Assembly (NCBI GenBank): GCA_041484665.1
Contig: JBGPIA010000001.1
Span: 576,001-640,000, forward strand
DNA length: 64,000 bases
DNA from: Candidatus Krumholzibacteriia bacterium
GTDB taxonomy: Bacteria; Krumholzibacteriota; Krumholzibacteriia; JAJRXK01
Direction of reading: 5' to 3'
Below, one piece after another: positions 36,207-46,255 of the stretch (its first letter is position 1; every line of letters begins with the position of its first letter). Below the pieces are notes generated by a model, which was not told where the DNA came from, did no database searches, and saw only the letters and a list, made by a program, of their open reading frames with translations. The position numbers and the translations under genes were made by a program.

Positions 36207-38996
36207 ATGATCCGCAGATTCCCGAGAGCGATGGCCGCCCTGGCCATCGCCTGCCTGGGGCTCTGGCCCGCCGTCTCGGTCCACGCCGACGACGCCACCG
36301 CCAAGTCCAAGCTCCCCGAATTCAAGACCGAGACCTTCACGCTCTCCAACGGACTACAGGTGATCCTGCACGAGGACCACAGCACGCCCATCGCCGCGGT
36401 CGACATCTGGTACCACGTGGGCAGCAAGAACGAGCGCAGAGGTCGCACCGGCTTCGCCCACCTCTTCGAGCACATGATGTTCCAGGGGAGCCAGCACAAC
36501 GAGGACGAGTACTTCGGCCCCATCCAGGAGGCGGGCGGCACCCTCAACGGCTCCACGAACGAGGACCGGACCAATTACTGGGAGGTCGTGCCAAGCAACT
36601 ACCTCGAGCGCGCGCTGATGGTGGAGGCCGACCGCATGGGCTGGCTGTTGCCGGCCATGACCAAGGAAAAGCTCAGCAATCAGCAGGAGGTCGTGCGCAA
36701 CGAGCGCCGGCAGAGCGGGGAGAACCAGCCCTACGGCGTCTTCTTCCTGCAGCTCAATGAGCTCATCTACCCCCCCGAGCATCCCTACGGCCACAGCGTC
36801 ATCGGAAGCCACGAGGACCTCGAGGCGGCGAGCCTGGAGGACGTGAAGGACTTCTTCCGCACCTATTACACGCCGTGCAACGCAACGCTGTGCATCGGCG
36901 GCGACATCGATCCCAAGCAGGCCCGCGCGTGGGCGGAGAGGTACTTCGGGCCGATCGCCCCGGGCAAGCCCGTCCAGCAGCTCGACCGCTGGGTCCCCGA
37001 TTGGACGGCCGACCGCCGCGTGACCATGGAGGACCGCGTGCAGCTGCCGCGGGTGTACTGCGTGTGGCACTCCCCGGCCTCGTACGACGACGGGGACGCC
37101 GCCCTCAGCCTGCTCGCCCGCATCCTGAGCGATGGGAAGGGCAGCCGCTTGTACAACCGGCTGGTCTACACCGAGCAGATCGCCCAGGACGTGCGCGCGA
37201 GTCAAAACTCGTCACAGCTGGCCAGCACGTTCATCGTGTCGGCCACCGCCAAGCCGCAGCAGACCCCGCAGGCGATCGAAGCGGCGCTGCAGGAGGAGAT
37301 CGCGCGCCTGCTGGACAAGGGCGTGACCGGCGATGAGCTGCAGCGCGCCAAGTCCTCTTTCGAGCGCGAGTTCATCGACGGCTGGGCGCGGGTCGGCAGC
37401 TTCGGCGGCCGCGTCGATCGCTTCAACGAGTACAACCACTACGTCGGACGGCCCGACTACATGCGGCAGGATTTCGACCGCCACATGCGCCTGAGCGTGG
37501 CCGACGTCAACGCCGCGGCAAGGCGCTGGCTGGCCAAGGGTCACCTGATTGCCCAGGTCGTCCCCTTCGGCAAGCCCGCCGAGTCCAAGGACACGGCCGA
37601 CCGCACCCGCATCCCGGGGGCGAACGGCCCCGACCCGGTGCTGGCGCTGCCGAAGATGCAGCGCGAGACCCTGTCCAACGGGCTCACGCTGCTGCTGATG
37701 GAGCAGCACGAGATCCCCGTCGTGCAGTTCAACATGGTATTCCGCGCAGGCAGCGCGGCCGATCCGGTTGGCCTCGCGGGTCTGGCCGCCTTCACGGCCG
37801 ACATGCTCGATGAGGGTACCAAGACGCGCAGCGCAGTTGCGATCAGCGAGGCCGCGCGCGAGCTGGGCGCCGATCTCACGATCGCGTCGAGCTGGGATGG
37901 GATCACGGCGTCCATCGGCTCGCTGCGCAAGAACATGGATGGCGCGCTGGCGCTCCTCTCCGACGTCGTGCGCAACCCGGCCTTCGACCCCAAAGAGGCT
38001 CAGCGCGTGCGCACGACGCGCCAGACGCAGTACCTCCAGAGCAAGGACAATCCCAATGCGCTGGCGAACCGCATCGGGGCCAGGGCCGTCTTCCCCGCGA
38101 GCCACCCCTACTCCTTCACGGAGATGGGCACCGACAAGACGCTCGCGGCGATCGCGCCCGCGGCGATGCGCGACTTCTACGCGAAGGACCTGGTGCCCGC
38201 CAATGCCACGCTGATCGCCGTCGGCGACCTGACGATGGCCGACCTGAAGAAGAGCGCCGTGGAGGCCATGGGCGCGTGGACGGGCGGGCCCGCGCCCAGC
38301 GTGAATGTCCCGGATGCCCCTGCACTTTCCGGCATCAAGCTGGTGCTGGTGGACAAGCCCGGCGCGACGCAGAGCATCGTCATCTTGGGTCAGCTCGGAG
38401 TGGCGCGCGGCAACCCGGACGAATACGCGATCCGGGTCATGAATCAGTCCCTGGGCGGGCAGTTCATGAGCCGCATCAACCTCAACCTGCGCGAGGACAA
38501 GGGTTACACCTACGGAGCGCGCTCGTTCTTCGACATGCGACGCACGCCGGGCCCGTTCATCGCGACCGCCGCGGTCCAAACCGAGGTGACCGCCCTGGCG
38601 GTCACGGAGTTCATGAAGGAGCTGCGCGACGTCCACGGAGCGCGGCCGCTGAGCGACAAGGAGCTGCAGGACGCCCGCGCCTCGCTCACGTTGGGCTTCG
38701 CACGGCAGTTCGAGACGGCGTCCGACCTGGCGAATCGCCTGACCGATCTGGTGCTCTACAACCTGCCAGCGGACCACTTCGAGACGTTCGTGCCGAAGGT
38801 CCAGGCCGTCTCCCTGGAGCAGGCGAACCATGCCGGCCGCGACTACGTCCACCCGGACAAGCTGGCCGTGGTCGTGGTGGGCGACCTGTCGAGGATCGAG
38901 AAGGACCTGCTGGCGCTGCAACTGGGGCCGGTGGAGTACCGCGATCTGGACGGCAACCTGATGGAGCGGCCGCAGCTCAGCAGCCTGGGGCAGTAG
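36207..38996 (+). CDS. M16 zinc peptidase (pitrilysin family, two fused halves)
   Basis: GGAGG RBS; signal peptide; 'WYHVGSKNE..GRTGFAHLFEHMMFQGS'; second half lacks HxxEH and carries 'LREDKGYTYG'. Confidence 0.93.
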   Translation: MIRRFPRAMAALAIACLGLWPAVSVHADDATAKSKLPEFKTETFTLSNGLQVILHEDHSTPIAAVDIWYHVGSKNERRGRTGFAHLFEHMMFQGSQHNEDEYFGPIQEAGGTLNGSTNEDRTNYWEVVPSNYLERALMVEADRMGWLLPAMTKEKLSNQQEVVRNERRQSGENQPYGVFFLQLNELIYPPEHPYGHSVIGSHEDLEAASLEDVKDFFRTYYTPCNATLCIGGDIDPKQARAWAERYFGPIAPGKPVQQLDRWVPDWTADRRVTMEDRVQLPRVYCVWHSPASYDDGDAALSLLARILSDGKGSRLYNRLVYTEQIAQDVRASQNSSQLASTFIVSATAKPQQTPQAIEAALQEEIARLLDKGVTGDELQRAKSSFEREFIDGWARVGSFGGRVDRFNEYNHYVGRPDYMRQDFDRHMRLSVADVNAAARRWLAKGHLIAQVVPFGKPAESKDTADRTRIPGANGPDPVLALPKMQRETLSNGLTLLLMEQHEIPVVQFNMVFRAGSAADPVGLAGLAAFTADMLDEGTKTRSAVAISEAARELGADLTIASSWDGITASIGSLRKNMDGALALLSDVVRNPAFDPKEAQRVRTTRQTQYLQSKDNPNALANRIGARAVFPASHPYSFTEMGTDKTLAAIAPAAMRDFYAKDLVPANATLIAVGDLTMADLKKSAVEAMGAWTGGPAPSVNVPDAPALSGIKLVLVDKPGATQSIVILGQLGVARGNPDEYAIRVMNQSLGGQFMSRINLNLREDKGYTYGARSFFDMRRTPGPFIATAAVQTEVTALAVTEFMKELRDVHGARPLSDKELQDARASLTLGFARQFETASDLANRLTDLVLYNLPADHFETFVPKVQAVSLEQANHAGRDYVHPDKLAVVVVGDLSRIEKDLLALQLGPVEYRDLDGNLMERPQLSSLGQ

Positions 38997-39147
38997 GCTC
39001 GATCGGCACGGCGCGCCTCGCGCGCCCGGCGTCGACGAGAGCGGCCCGGATCGCAACGCGAGCCGGGCCGCTCGTCATCATATCCCACGCCATCGTACCT
39101 CCGCCGCCTGGCCCGGGTTGCGCAATGCCACCCGCTGGGGCCTGCAG

Positions 39148-39258
39148 CTACTGGCCATCTTTACCGTGGTGTGCCAGCACGCGGGCGAAGCACCAGATCG
39201 TCAGGCCCCACACGAAGCCGACCGACAGCACCATGAAGATCCACCCTCCTGCCTGCAC
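39148..39258 (-). CDS. Small single-TM protein (36 aa), MetS-like NSS transporter small subunit; absent from the ORF track
   Basis: AGGAGGA RBS overlapping the transporter stop; GTG start; MQAGGWIFMVLSVGFVWGLTIWCFARVLAHHGKDGQ-TAG. Confidence 0.75.
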   Translation of the reverse strand: MQAGGWIFMVLSVGFVWGLTIWCFARVLAHHGKDGQ

Positions 39259-39270
39259 GGCGGCGTCCTC

Positions 39271-40845
39271 CTAGTCGTTGGGGGGGTACTTGCCGTCGAG
39301 ATCCAGATCCAGCTCGCGCCAGCGCAGCTCGCCGCGCCGCGTCATCACCAGGAACACGAGCCAGGTGACCGCGATCACGGCCACCGACCCGACGGCCACC
39401 CGGTTGCTGGAGAGGTTCCGGACGTAGCCCGGGAGGCTCTGGATGCAGAAACCCACCAGCACCACCAGCAGGTACAGGGGCGAGACGTACTTCATGATGA
39501 ACATGAAGATGCGGGGGATGCGGATGAGCGCCCCGGTGTGCGCCTCCTCCCATCCCCGCTTGATGCCGAACACCCACGCGAACGTGATGATCTGCACGGC
39601 CGCCATCGCGAACACGAGGAACGTCCCGACCCAGAAATCGATGGTGTCGAGTGCCGTCAGCCCCTGGCTGAAGAAGATCACGAACAGCGAGCCGAGCAAC
39701 GCCATCACGCCAAGGACGGCCGCAGCCTTCTTGCGATCCCATCCCATCGCTTCGCCCAGGAAGGCCAGGACCGGCTGGAGCATCGACAGCGAGCTGGTGA
39801 TTGCCGCCAGGAACAACATGAGAAACCAGACAGCGCCGATGAAGCGCCCAAACGAGCCCATGTACTGGAACACAACCGGCAGCGTGTTGAAGCCTAGCCC
39901 GAACGTGCCACCCACCGCGGCGGTGGCCCCCAGGAACACGAACGCCGCCGGGATCGTGATCAGGCCGCCGAACCCCACCTCGAACAGCTCGTTGGTCGCC
40001 GACGCCGTCAGGCCCGAGAGCACGACATCGTCCTTCTTCCCGAGGTAGGCCGCGTAGTTGATGATCACGCCGAAACCCACCGAGAGCGTGAAGAAGATCT
40101 GCCCGCCCGCGGCGAGCCAGGTGGCGAAGTGGGTGAGCTCGTGGAAGTTGGGATTCCACATGAAACCGAGCCCATTCAGGACGCTGCGCCCGGACCCGGC
40201 CAGGGGCGTCCCCAGCGTGAGCACTCGCCCGAGCACGATCAAGGCGCATACCGCCATGGTAGGCATCGCGGCCGAGCAGAACGCCTCGATCCCCTTGGAG
40301 AGGCCGCGATAGATCAGCCAGAAGTTCAAAGCCCCGGTGATGATCCAGAACACGAAGGTGGGATGGATGCCGTGCAACAGGAGCCCATTGGCGTCCGTCG
40401 CGGCGACCCTTGTGAACAACGCCTGGGACGCCTGGACGTAGCCCGACGGATCGCTGCCGAGATGCACGCCGCCCACCAGGTACTCGAAGAAGTATCGCAG
40501 GCACCAGGCCTCGACCAGCGCGTAGTAGTAGAACACGGCGAGCGGAATCAGCAGCCCGAGCGTTCCGATGTAGCGGGTCACGCGGCCGCGGCCGATCACC
40601 CCCAGGATCGCGGGCGCGGACCGGAATCCCTTGCGTCCTCCGTAGCGCCCCATGGTCCACTCGGCCCAGCAGATGGGGATACCGAGCAGGAACAGCGCAC
40701 AGAAGTACGGGATCATGAACGCCCCGCCGCCGTGCTGGGCCGCCTGCCCGGGAAAGCGCAGGAAATTGCCCAAACCGACGGCCGAGCCTGCCACCGCCAG
40801 GATCACGCCCAGGCGGCTGCCCCACTGCTCCTTCTGCTGCGCCAT
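39271..40845 (-). CDS. Sodium-dependent transporter, NSS/SNF (LeuT-like) family
   Basis: 'EQWGSRLGVILAVAGSAVGLGNFLRFP', 'GGGAFMIPY', 'QIFFTLSVGFG', 'AAITSSLSMLQP'. Confidence 0.95.
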   Translation of the reverse strand: MAQQKEQWGSRLGVILAVAGSAVGLGNFLRFPGQAAQHGGGAFMIPYFCALFLLGIPICWAEWTMGRYGGRKGFRSAPAILGVIGRGRVTRYIGTLGLLIPLAVFYYYALVEAWCLRYFFEYLVGGVHLGSDPSGYVQASQALFTRVAATDANGLLLHGIHPTFVFWIITGALNFWLIYRGLSKGIEAFCSAAMPTMAVCALIVLGRVLTLGTPLAGSGRSVLNGLGFMWNPNFHELTHFATWLAAGGQIFFTLSVGFGVIINYAAYLGKKDDVVLSGLTASATNELFEVGFGGLITIPAAFVFLGATAAVGGTFGLGFNTLPVVFQYMGSFGRFIGAVWFLMLFLAAITSSLSMLQPVLAFLGEAMGWDRKKAAAVLGVMALLGSLFVIFFSQGLTALDTIDFWVGTFLVFAMAAVQIITFAWVFGIKRGWEEAHTGALIRIPRIFMFIMKYVSPLYLLVVLVGFCIQSLPGYVRNLSSNRVAVGSVAVIAVTWLVFLVMTRRGELRWRELDLDLDGKYPPND

Positions 40846-40927
40846 GCCGAAGGCTTCCTGCGCGACGGGGAGGTCAGACGTTAACACACGCGTTGCGGGC
40901 CGCAGAAGGGGTGAAGTTCGCGGGCGC

Positions 40928-42076
40928 TCAACGTGCCGCGCCGCTGAGACGCTGCGCCTTCTCCTGCAGGCTGGCCAGCAGGTCGTCGAAGCTCTTCGCG
41001 AACTTGTCGACACCGTCGCGCAGGAGCAGCTCGGTGATCTCGTCCATGTCGAGCCCTAAGGCCGCGAGTTTGCGGAAGAGGGTGATTGCCCAGTCGGCGT
41101 CCTGCAGCACGCGGTCGGGCGCGGGTTGGCCGTGATCGCGGTAAGCAGCGATGGTGGCGGTAGGCATGGTGTTGACCGTGTCGCGGCCGATGAGGGTCTC
41201 CACGTACATCACGTCGGAGTATGCTTTGTCCTTCGTGCTAGTGCTGGCCCACAGCGGGCGCTGGACGCGGGCGCCTTTGGCGACCAGGGTCTTCCAGCGC
41301 TTGCCGGAGAAGATCCGCAGGAAATTCTGGTAGGCCTGGCGGGCGTTGGCGATGGCAGCCTTGCCGCGCAGCGCTTGGGCCAAGTCGGTCCCGGTGGCAT
41401 CCAGCCGAGCGTCCACCAGCGAGTCGACGCGGCTGACGAAGAAGCTCGCCACCGAAGCGATGCGATCCACCGGCTGGTCGCGTCGCACGCGCTCCTCCAG
41501 CGCGTCCAGGTAGGCCAGCATGACGTCCTCGTGCGCGCGCTGGGCGAAGAGCAGCGTGACGTTCACGTTCAGGCCCGCTGTCAGGCACTCACGGATGGCC
41601 GGCAGCCCTTGCGCTGTCCCGGGAATCTTGATCATCAGATTCGGACAGCCGACACGCTGCCAGAGCGCCTTCGCCTGCGCCACCGTCGCTGCGGCGTCGT
41701 AGGCCAGGTGCGGATCGACCTCCAGGCTGACGAAGCCGTCGCCGCCTTCCGACTCGTCGTAGACGGGTCGCAGGACCGCGCAGGCGTCCTTGATGTCGAG
41801 GACGGCGAGCTCCCAGAAAATCTCCGCGGGCCGCTTTCCCTCGCCTGCGAGTCGGACGATGGCCGCATCGTAGTCGTCGCTGCGGGCAATCGCCTCGTGG
41901 AAGATCGTAGGGTTGCTCGTGATGCCCCGCACGCCGTCCTCGTCGCGCATCCGCTTCAGCTCGCCCTTGTCCAGGGCGTGACGGGAGAGCGAGTCCCACC
42001 AGAAGGACTGGCCGTGATCGTGCAGTCGGCGCAGGGGGTTGTCGGCGACGGATCGACGGCTCTGGTCTGCGCTCAT
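40928..42076 (-). CDS. tal: Transaldolase
   Basis: 'GQSFWWD', 'GITSNPTIF', 'VSLEVDP', 'NLMIKIPGT', 'NVNVTLLF', 'ASFFVSRVD', 'RPLWASTSTK'. Confidence 0.95.
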   Translation of the reverse strand: MSADQSRRSVADNPLRRLHDHGQSFWWDSLSRHALDKGELKRMRDEDGVRGITSNPTIFHEAIARSDDYDAAIVRLAGEGKRPAEIFWELAVLDIKDACAVLRPVYDESEGGDGFVSLEVDPHLAYDAAATVAQAKALWQRVGCPNLMIKIPGTAQGLPAIRECLTAGLNVNVTLLFAQRAHEDVMLAYLDALEERVRRDQPVDRIASVASFFVSRVDSLVDARLDATGTDLAQALRGKAAIANARQAYQNFLRIFSGKRWKTLVAKGARVQRPLWASTSTKDKAYSDVMYVETLIGRDTVNTMPTATIAAYRDHGQPAPDRVLQDADWAITLFRKLAALGLDMDEITELLLRDGVDKFAKSFDDLLASLQEKAQRLSGAAR

Positions 42077-42543
42077 GGTTTGCTCTCCGGGAATGGTTGC
42101 TGGGTCTGCTCCAGACGGGCGATCTTGGCCATCCGGCGGGCGTGGCGCTCCTCGCCGGTGAAGCGCGCGCCAAGGAAGGCGTGCACCAGCTCCAAGACGA
42201 CGGCGCTGCCGACGATGCGCCCGCCCAGGCAGAGCACGTTCAGGTCGTCGTGCTCCACGCCCTGGTGCGCGCTGTAGGTATCGTGACAGACGCAGGCTCG
42301 GATACCGCGGATCTTGTTGGCTGCCACCGCCGCGCCCACACCGCTGCCACAGAGGATCACGCCTCGCTCCGCGCGGCGGTCCAGCATCGCTTGCGCCACG
42401 GCGGAGACGTAGTCGGGATAGTCGACGGGATCGATTGAATGGGTGCCGCAATCGACAGGCTCGTGTCCGCCAGCGCGGAGTGCGTCCAGCACCGCAGCCT
42501 TGAGCGGGTACCCGGCGTGATCGCAGCCGATGGCCACGCGCAT
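42073..42543 (-). CDS. rpiB: Ribose-5-phosphate isomerase B
   Basis: 'IGCDHAG', 'VDYPD', 'CGSGVG', 'ANKIRGIRA', 'RHARR'; ATGA coupling to tal. Confidence 0.95.
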   Translation of the reverse strand: MRVAIGCDHAGYPLKAAVLDALRAGGHEPVDCGTHSIDPVDYPDYVSAVAQAMLDRRAERGVILCGSGVGAAVAANKIRGIRACVCHDTYSAHQGVEHDDLNVLCLGGRIVGSAVVLELVHAFLGARFTGEERHARRMAKIARLEQTQQPFPESKP

Positions 42544-42743
42544 GGAAGCTGGCCCCCTGCGCGGCCGGCGGCCGCGATCCAGAAGTGGGCGCGGCCGGTC
42601 CGCGGCGAGACAGTAGGCCTCAGTCTACGGGCTCGCCCCGCGGGCGGCAACCCAAGCAGTGCGGCCTCGCCGCCGGGCGGCGAGCGGGGTAGACTGATCG
42701 CCGCCGCGCCCGGCGCCGGGGCGGCTCCACACGGGAGGTATCG

Positions 42744-44165
42744 ATGTCCGCGTGGCCGCGCATGCTTCCGTTCCCCGCTCCCCGCCGCTCATGCGCTGCG
42801 CTCGTGGCGGCGCTGTTTCTGGCGGCGGCAAGCGTTTCCTGCGCGCCCCGACGCTCCGTGGGCACCTCCGCACGCGTGGGCACGACTCAAGGCGCCGGCG
42901 CCACCTCGGGCATGGGCAGCGCGCCGGATGCCGGCGGGGCGACGACTTCAGGCACGGCCGCGAGCCCGGGCTCCGCCGCGAAGTCCGGCAGCGGATCGGC
43001 CGGGGACCGCACGGGACCGGCGGCGCTGGCCGTGGAGCTCGTGGAGACCTTCCCAGTGGAAACGAGCCTCGATCACCCCGACGTCCGCGAGGCGTACCAG
43101 GTCTGGCTGGAGATGATCCGCAGCGCGACGCGCACGCTCGACATCGCCGAGTTCTATGTGAACACGGAGCCGGGCAGCCGCCTGGAGCCAATCGTGCAGG
43201 CTGTCGAGGATGCCGCCGCGCGCGCCGTACGCGTGCGAGTGCTCGCGGACGCGAAGTTCTACAAGACGTACCCGCAGACCCTGGAACGCCTGGCATCCCG
43301 CGCGGGCATCACCGTCCGGCGGTTCGACGTCGGGGCGCTCACGGGTGGCGTGCTCCACGCCAAGTACTTCCTGGTGGATGGGCGCGAGGTCTACCTGGGC
43401 AGCCAGAATTTCGACTGGCGCTCGCTGGAGCATATCGAGGAGGTGGGGGTGCGCGTGCGGGTCCCCGAGGTGGCGCGCACGCTGCAGGAAGTGTTCGACA
43501 TGGACTGGGTGCTGGCCGGAGGGAGTCGGGACCGTCCCCACCGGCTGCAGCCTCGCGGCGCAAGCGGCGGGACGATGGTGCTGGAAGGGCAGGATACTCT
43601 CCGCGTGCGCGCGGTGGGCAGCCCGCACGGCTGGCTGCCCGATGAGGCGCTCTGGGACCTGCCCCAGCTGGTGGCGCTCATCGACAGCGCGAGAAGCTCC
43701 GTGCGCGCGCAGCTGTACTCGTACAAGACTGTGGGCCACGACCACGACTACTTCGATGCCCTCGAGGCGGCGCTGCGGCGAGCGGCTGCGCGTGGCGTCG
43801 CGGTGCAGCTGCTGATGGCGGACTGGTGCAAGCGCAAGGGCACGATCGAGGGATTGCAGAGTCTGCAGTCGGTCCCGGGAATCGACGTGCGGCTGGTGAC
43901 GATCCCGCAGCACAGCGGCGGCTTCATCCCATTCGCGCGAGTGACACACGCCAAGTACCTGACGGTCGATGCGCGGCGCTGCTGGGTCGGGACAGACAAC
44001 TGGGAGAAGGAGTACTTCTATCAGAGCCGCAACGTGGGCGTGATCGTCGAGGGCGCCTCGTTCGCCGGGCAGCTGGACCGCTTCTTCGACGACAACTGGC
44101 GCTCCTCCTACGCCTACGAGGTCGATCCCTGCAAGGTCTATGAGGTCCCGCGGATCGGGGAGTGA
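42744..44165 (+). CDS. Phospholipase D-superfamily lipoprotein (PLD3/PLD4/poxvirus K4-like)
   Basis: GGAGG RBS; lipobox-like 'SVSC'; two HKD motifs 'LHAKYFLVD..YLGSQNFDWRSL' and 'THAKYLTVD..VGTDNW'. Confidence 0.9.
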   Translation: MSAWPRMLPFPAPRRSCAALVAALFLAAASVSCAPRRSVGTSARVGTTQGAGATSGMGSAPDAGGATTSGTAASPGSAAKSGSGSAGDRTGPAALAVELVETFPVETSLDHPDVREAYQVWLEMIRSATRTLDIAEFYVNTEPGSRLEPIVQAVEDAAARAVRVRVLADAKFYKTYPQTLERLASRAGITVRRFDVGALTGGVLHAKYFLVDGREVYLGSQNFDWRSLEHIEEVGVRVRVPEVARTLQEVFDMDWVLAGGSRDRPHRLQPRGASGGTMVLEGQDTLRVRAVGSPHGWLPDEALWDLPQLVALIDSARSSVRAQLYSYKTVGHDHDYFDALEAALRRAAARGVAVQLLMADWCKRKGTIEGLQSLQSVPGIDVRLVTIPQHSGGFIPFARVTHAKYLTVDARRCWVGTDNWEKEYFYQSRNVGVIVEGASFAGQLDRFFDDNWRSSYAYEVDPCKVYEVPRIGE

Positions 44166-44213
44166 ATGCGATGGCGCGTGGACGCGCGCCGCTCGCGATA
44201 GAGGAGACCGAGC

Positions 44214-45122
44214 ATGAAGAAGTTCCTGATCGGCTGCGGCATCGTCGCGCTGGTCCTCGTGGGCCTGGGCATTGGGGCGACGATGCTGACCGTGCACTAC
44301 GTCAAACGCAGTGTCGGCGACACCAAGCGGCTGAAGTCGGTGCAGACGCAGCTCACGGCGCAGTACGGCCGGCGGGAGGACTACGCTCCCGCCGCCGACT
44401 GGCGTCTGGATCCGCAGCGACTGGAGCGCTTCCTGGGTGTGCGGGAGGATTTCGCGCGCAGCGCGGCGCCGTTCTCGGAGCGGCTGGGGGAACTGCTGGA
44501 GAAAGCCAATGCCGCCAAGGACGAGGCCAAGCCGCGCGGCGTGCTGGAGAAGCTCCGCTTCGGCTTTGCGATGGCCCGCGGAGGGCTGGGGCTGGCCAAC
44601 GCCGGGCTGGCCGCCGCCACCCAGCGCGACTCCCTGCTGCTCGCCGCCGAGATGGGCGAGGGCGAGGACCTGTACCTGTTCTGCCTGACCGCCTTCGCCT
44701 GGCTGGACTGGAACCCGATGCAGGATCCCGGCGCGCGCGACTTCCAACAGTTCACCCGTCTCAAGCGCCGTGACTTCGACCAGATTGTCGAGGAGTACCA
44801 GGACGCGTGTCGCAGCTTCTTCCTCAAGAGCCTGCAGGGGCAGTGCTCGGCGTTGCAGGCCAAGGCCGGGCGCACCCCTGAGGACGAAGCACTGCTCAAG
44901 CAGTTGCTCGACGCAGTTGAGAGATCGCGCCAGGAGCGCTCCCACTTCCCGCTGCAGGGAGCCCTGACGCCGCAGCAATTAGCGGTGCTCGCGCCCTACG
45001 AGCAGCGCGTGCGGGCGATCCTGCCGTCGACCTCACAGCAGGTATTGCTGGAGGCGCTCGCCGTCACGAAGCGGTTCGAGACCGAGCATGGACACCTGCG
45101 CGTCGATGACCGCGATCCCTGA
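44214..45122 (+). CDS. Hypothetical membrane-anchored helical protein
   Basis: GAGGAG RBS; 'MKKFLIGCGIVALVLVGLGIG' N-terminal anchor; GC3-rich codon usage. Confidence 0.8.
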   Translation: MKKFLIGCGIVALVLVGLGIGATMLTVHYVKRSVGDTKRLKSVQTQLTAQYGRREDYAPAADWRLDPQRLERFLGVREDFARSAAPFSERLGELLEKANAAKDEAKPRGVLEKLRFGFAMARGGLGLANAGLAAATQRDSLLLAAEMGEGEDLYLFCLTAFAWLDWNPMQDPGARDFQQFTRLKRRDFDQIVEEYQDACRSFFLKSLQGQCSALQAKAGRTPEDEALLKQLLDAVERSRQERSHFPLQGALTPQQLAVLAPYEQRVRAILPSTSQQVLLEALAVTKRFETEHGHLRVDDRDP

Positions 45123-45147
45123 GCGGCGACCAGCTAGGGGCGCAAGC

Positions 45148-45957
45148 GTGCACCGGCGGTGCGGACCCGCCTGCGGGGCGCTGTTGGCCCTGGGCCTGCG
45201 TGCCGGCCTGACGCTCTGCGCATGCTTGGCGCTCTGCGCGTGCCAGAGCGACGGCGGCCGCGCGCGCGCCCCGTCCAGTGCCGCCCATCGCCGCGGCGCG
45301 ACCGGCAATGCAGTGATCGCTGGGGTCGTCTCGTTCCACGGCACGCTGCCGCCACCACCGCAGCACGCGCGTCCGACCGAGTGCCCGTCCCCCGCGCAGC
45401 AACCCCCGGACCCGGGGCTGCTCCTCTCGCCGGACGGCGGAGTCGGCGGCGCCTTCGTCTGGATCAAGGCTGGCCTGCCGCCCGGGGAGTACGCCGTGCC
45501 GCAGGAGCCCGTGGTGCTCGGTCAGGCGGCCTGCGAGTTCTCCCCGCGCGTTTTCGGGCTGCGCGTGGGGCAGACACTGCGCCTGGCCGCCGGGGATGGT
45601 GGCGCGCACCACGTGCACGCCTGGCGCGAGGCGAGCCCGCTGTTCGACGTGCAACTCCGCGGTGGCGATGGGTCGGCGCAACGCACGATCGGTGAGGGCG
45701 CGGTGATGGCGCGCCTCACCTGCGATCAGCACCCCTGGGCGCGCGCCTACGCCGGCATCGTGAATCACCCGTACTTCGCCGTGACGGCGAAGAACGGCAG
45801 CTATACGATCCCGAGCCTGCCGGGCGGCACGTTTACGGTGGAGGTCTGGCAGGAGCGGATCGGGCAGGTCAACCGCCAGGTGACCCTCGACGACGGCGTG
45901 CTGGCCGTGGTGGACTTCGAGCTGCAGACGATCGGCGCGCCGGACGCGCGGCGCTGA
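45148..45957 (+). CDS. Lipoprotein with cupredoxin-like core and carboxypeptidase-regulatory-like domain
   Basis: Lipobox-like 'LCAC'; 'QAACEFSPRV', 'HHVH', 'CDQHPWA', 'HPYFAVT..GSYTI..LP.GTFTVEVWQE'; start uncertain. Confidence 0.75.
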   Translation: MHRRCGPACGALLALGLRAGLTLCACLALCACQSDGGRARAPSSAAHRRGATGNAVIAGVVSFHGTLPPPPQHARPTECPSPAQQPPDPGLLLSPDGGVGGAFVWIKAGLPPGEYAVPQEPVVLGQAACEFSPRVFGLRVGQTLRLAAGDGGAHHVHAWREASPLFDVQLRGGDGSAQRTIGEGAVMARLTCDQHPWARAYAGIVNHPYFAVTAKNGSYTIPSLPGGTFTVEVWQERIGQVNRQVTLDDGVLAVVDFELQTIGAPDARR

Positions 45958-46255
45958 GCCGGCGGAGCGGGTGGCCGCCGCGGGGAGCGAGCGCGCCGCG
46001 CAGGCGCCGCAAAGGGCCGCCACCCAGGCGCCACGGCAAGCGGCCGCGCGAAGCCGCGGCGCAAGCGTGGCACATCGCCACGGCGCGACGCGACGCTGCT
46101 GCGCTGTGCTGCAACGCTCTGGTGCAGCGCGGCACGGGTCCCGGCCGGTAGTGCGCACGCGATCCATGGTTGACGAAGCGACTCTTTGGAGCTACGGCTT
46201 TCTGCAGCCCCGCTGCGGCGGGGCATCAACGAGACCCAAGCGGAGGAGTGTGTCG

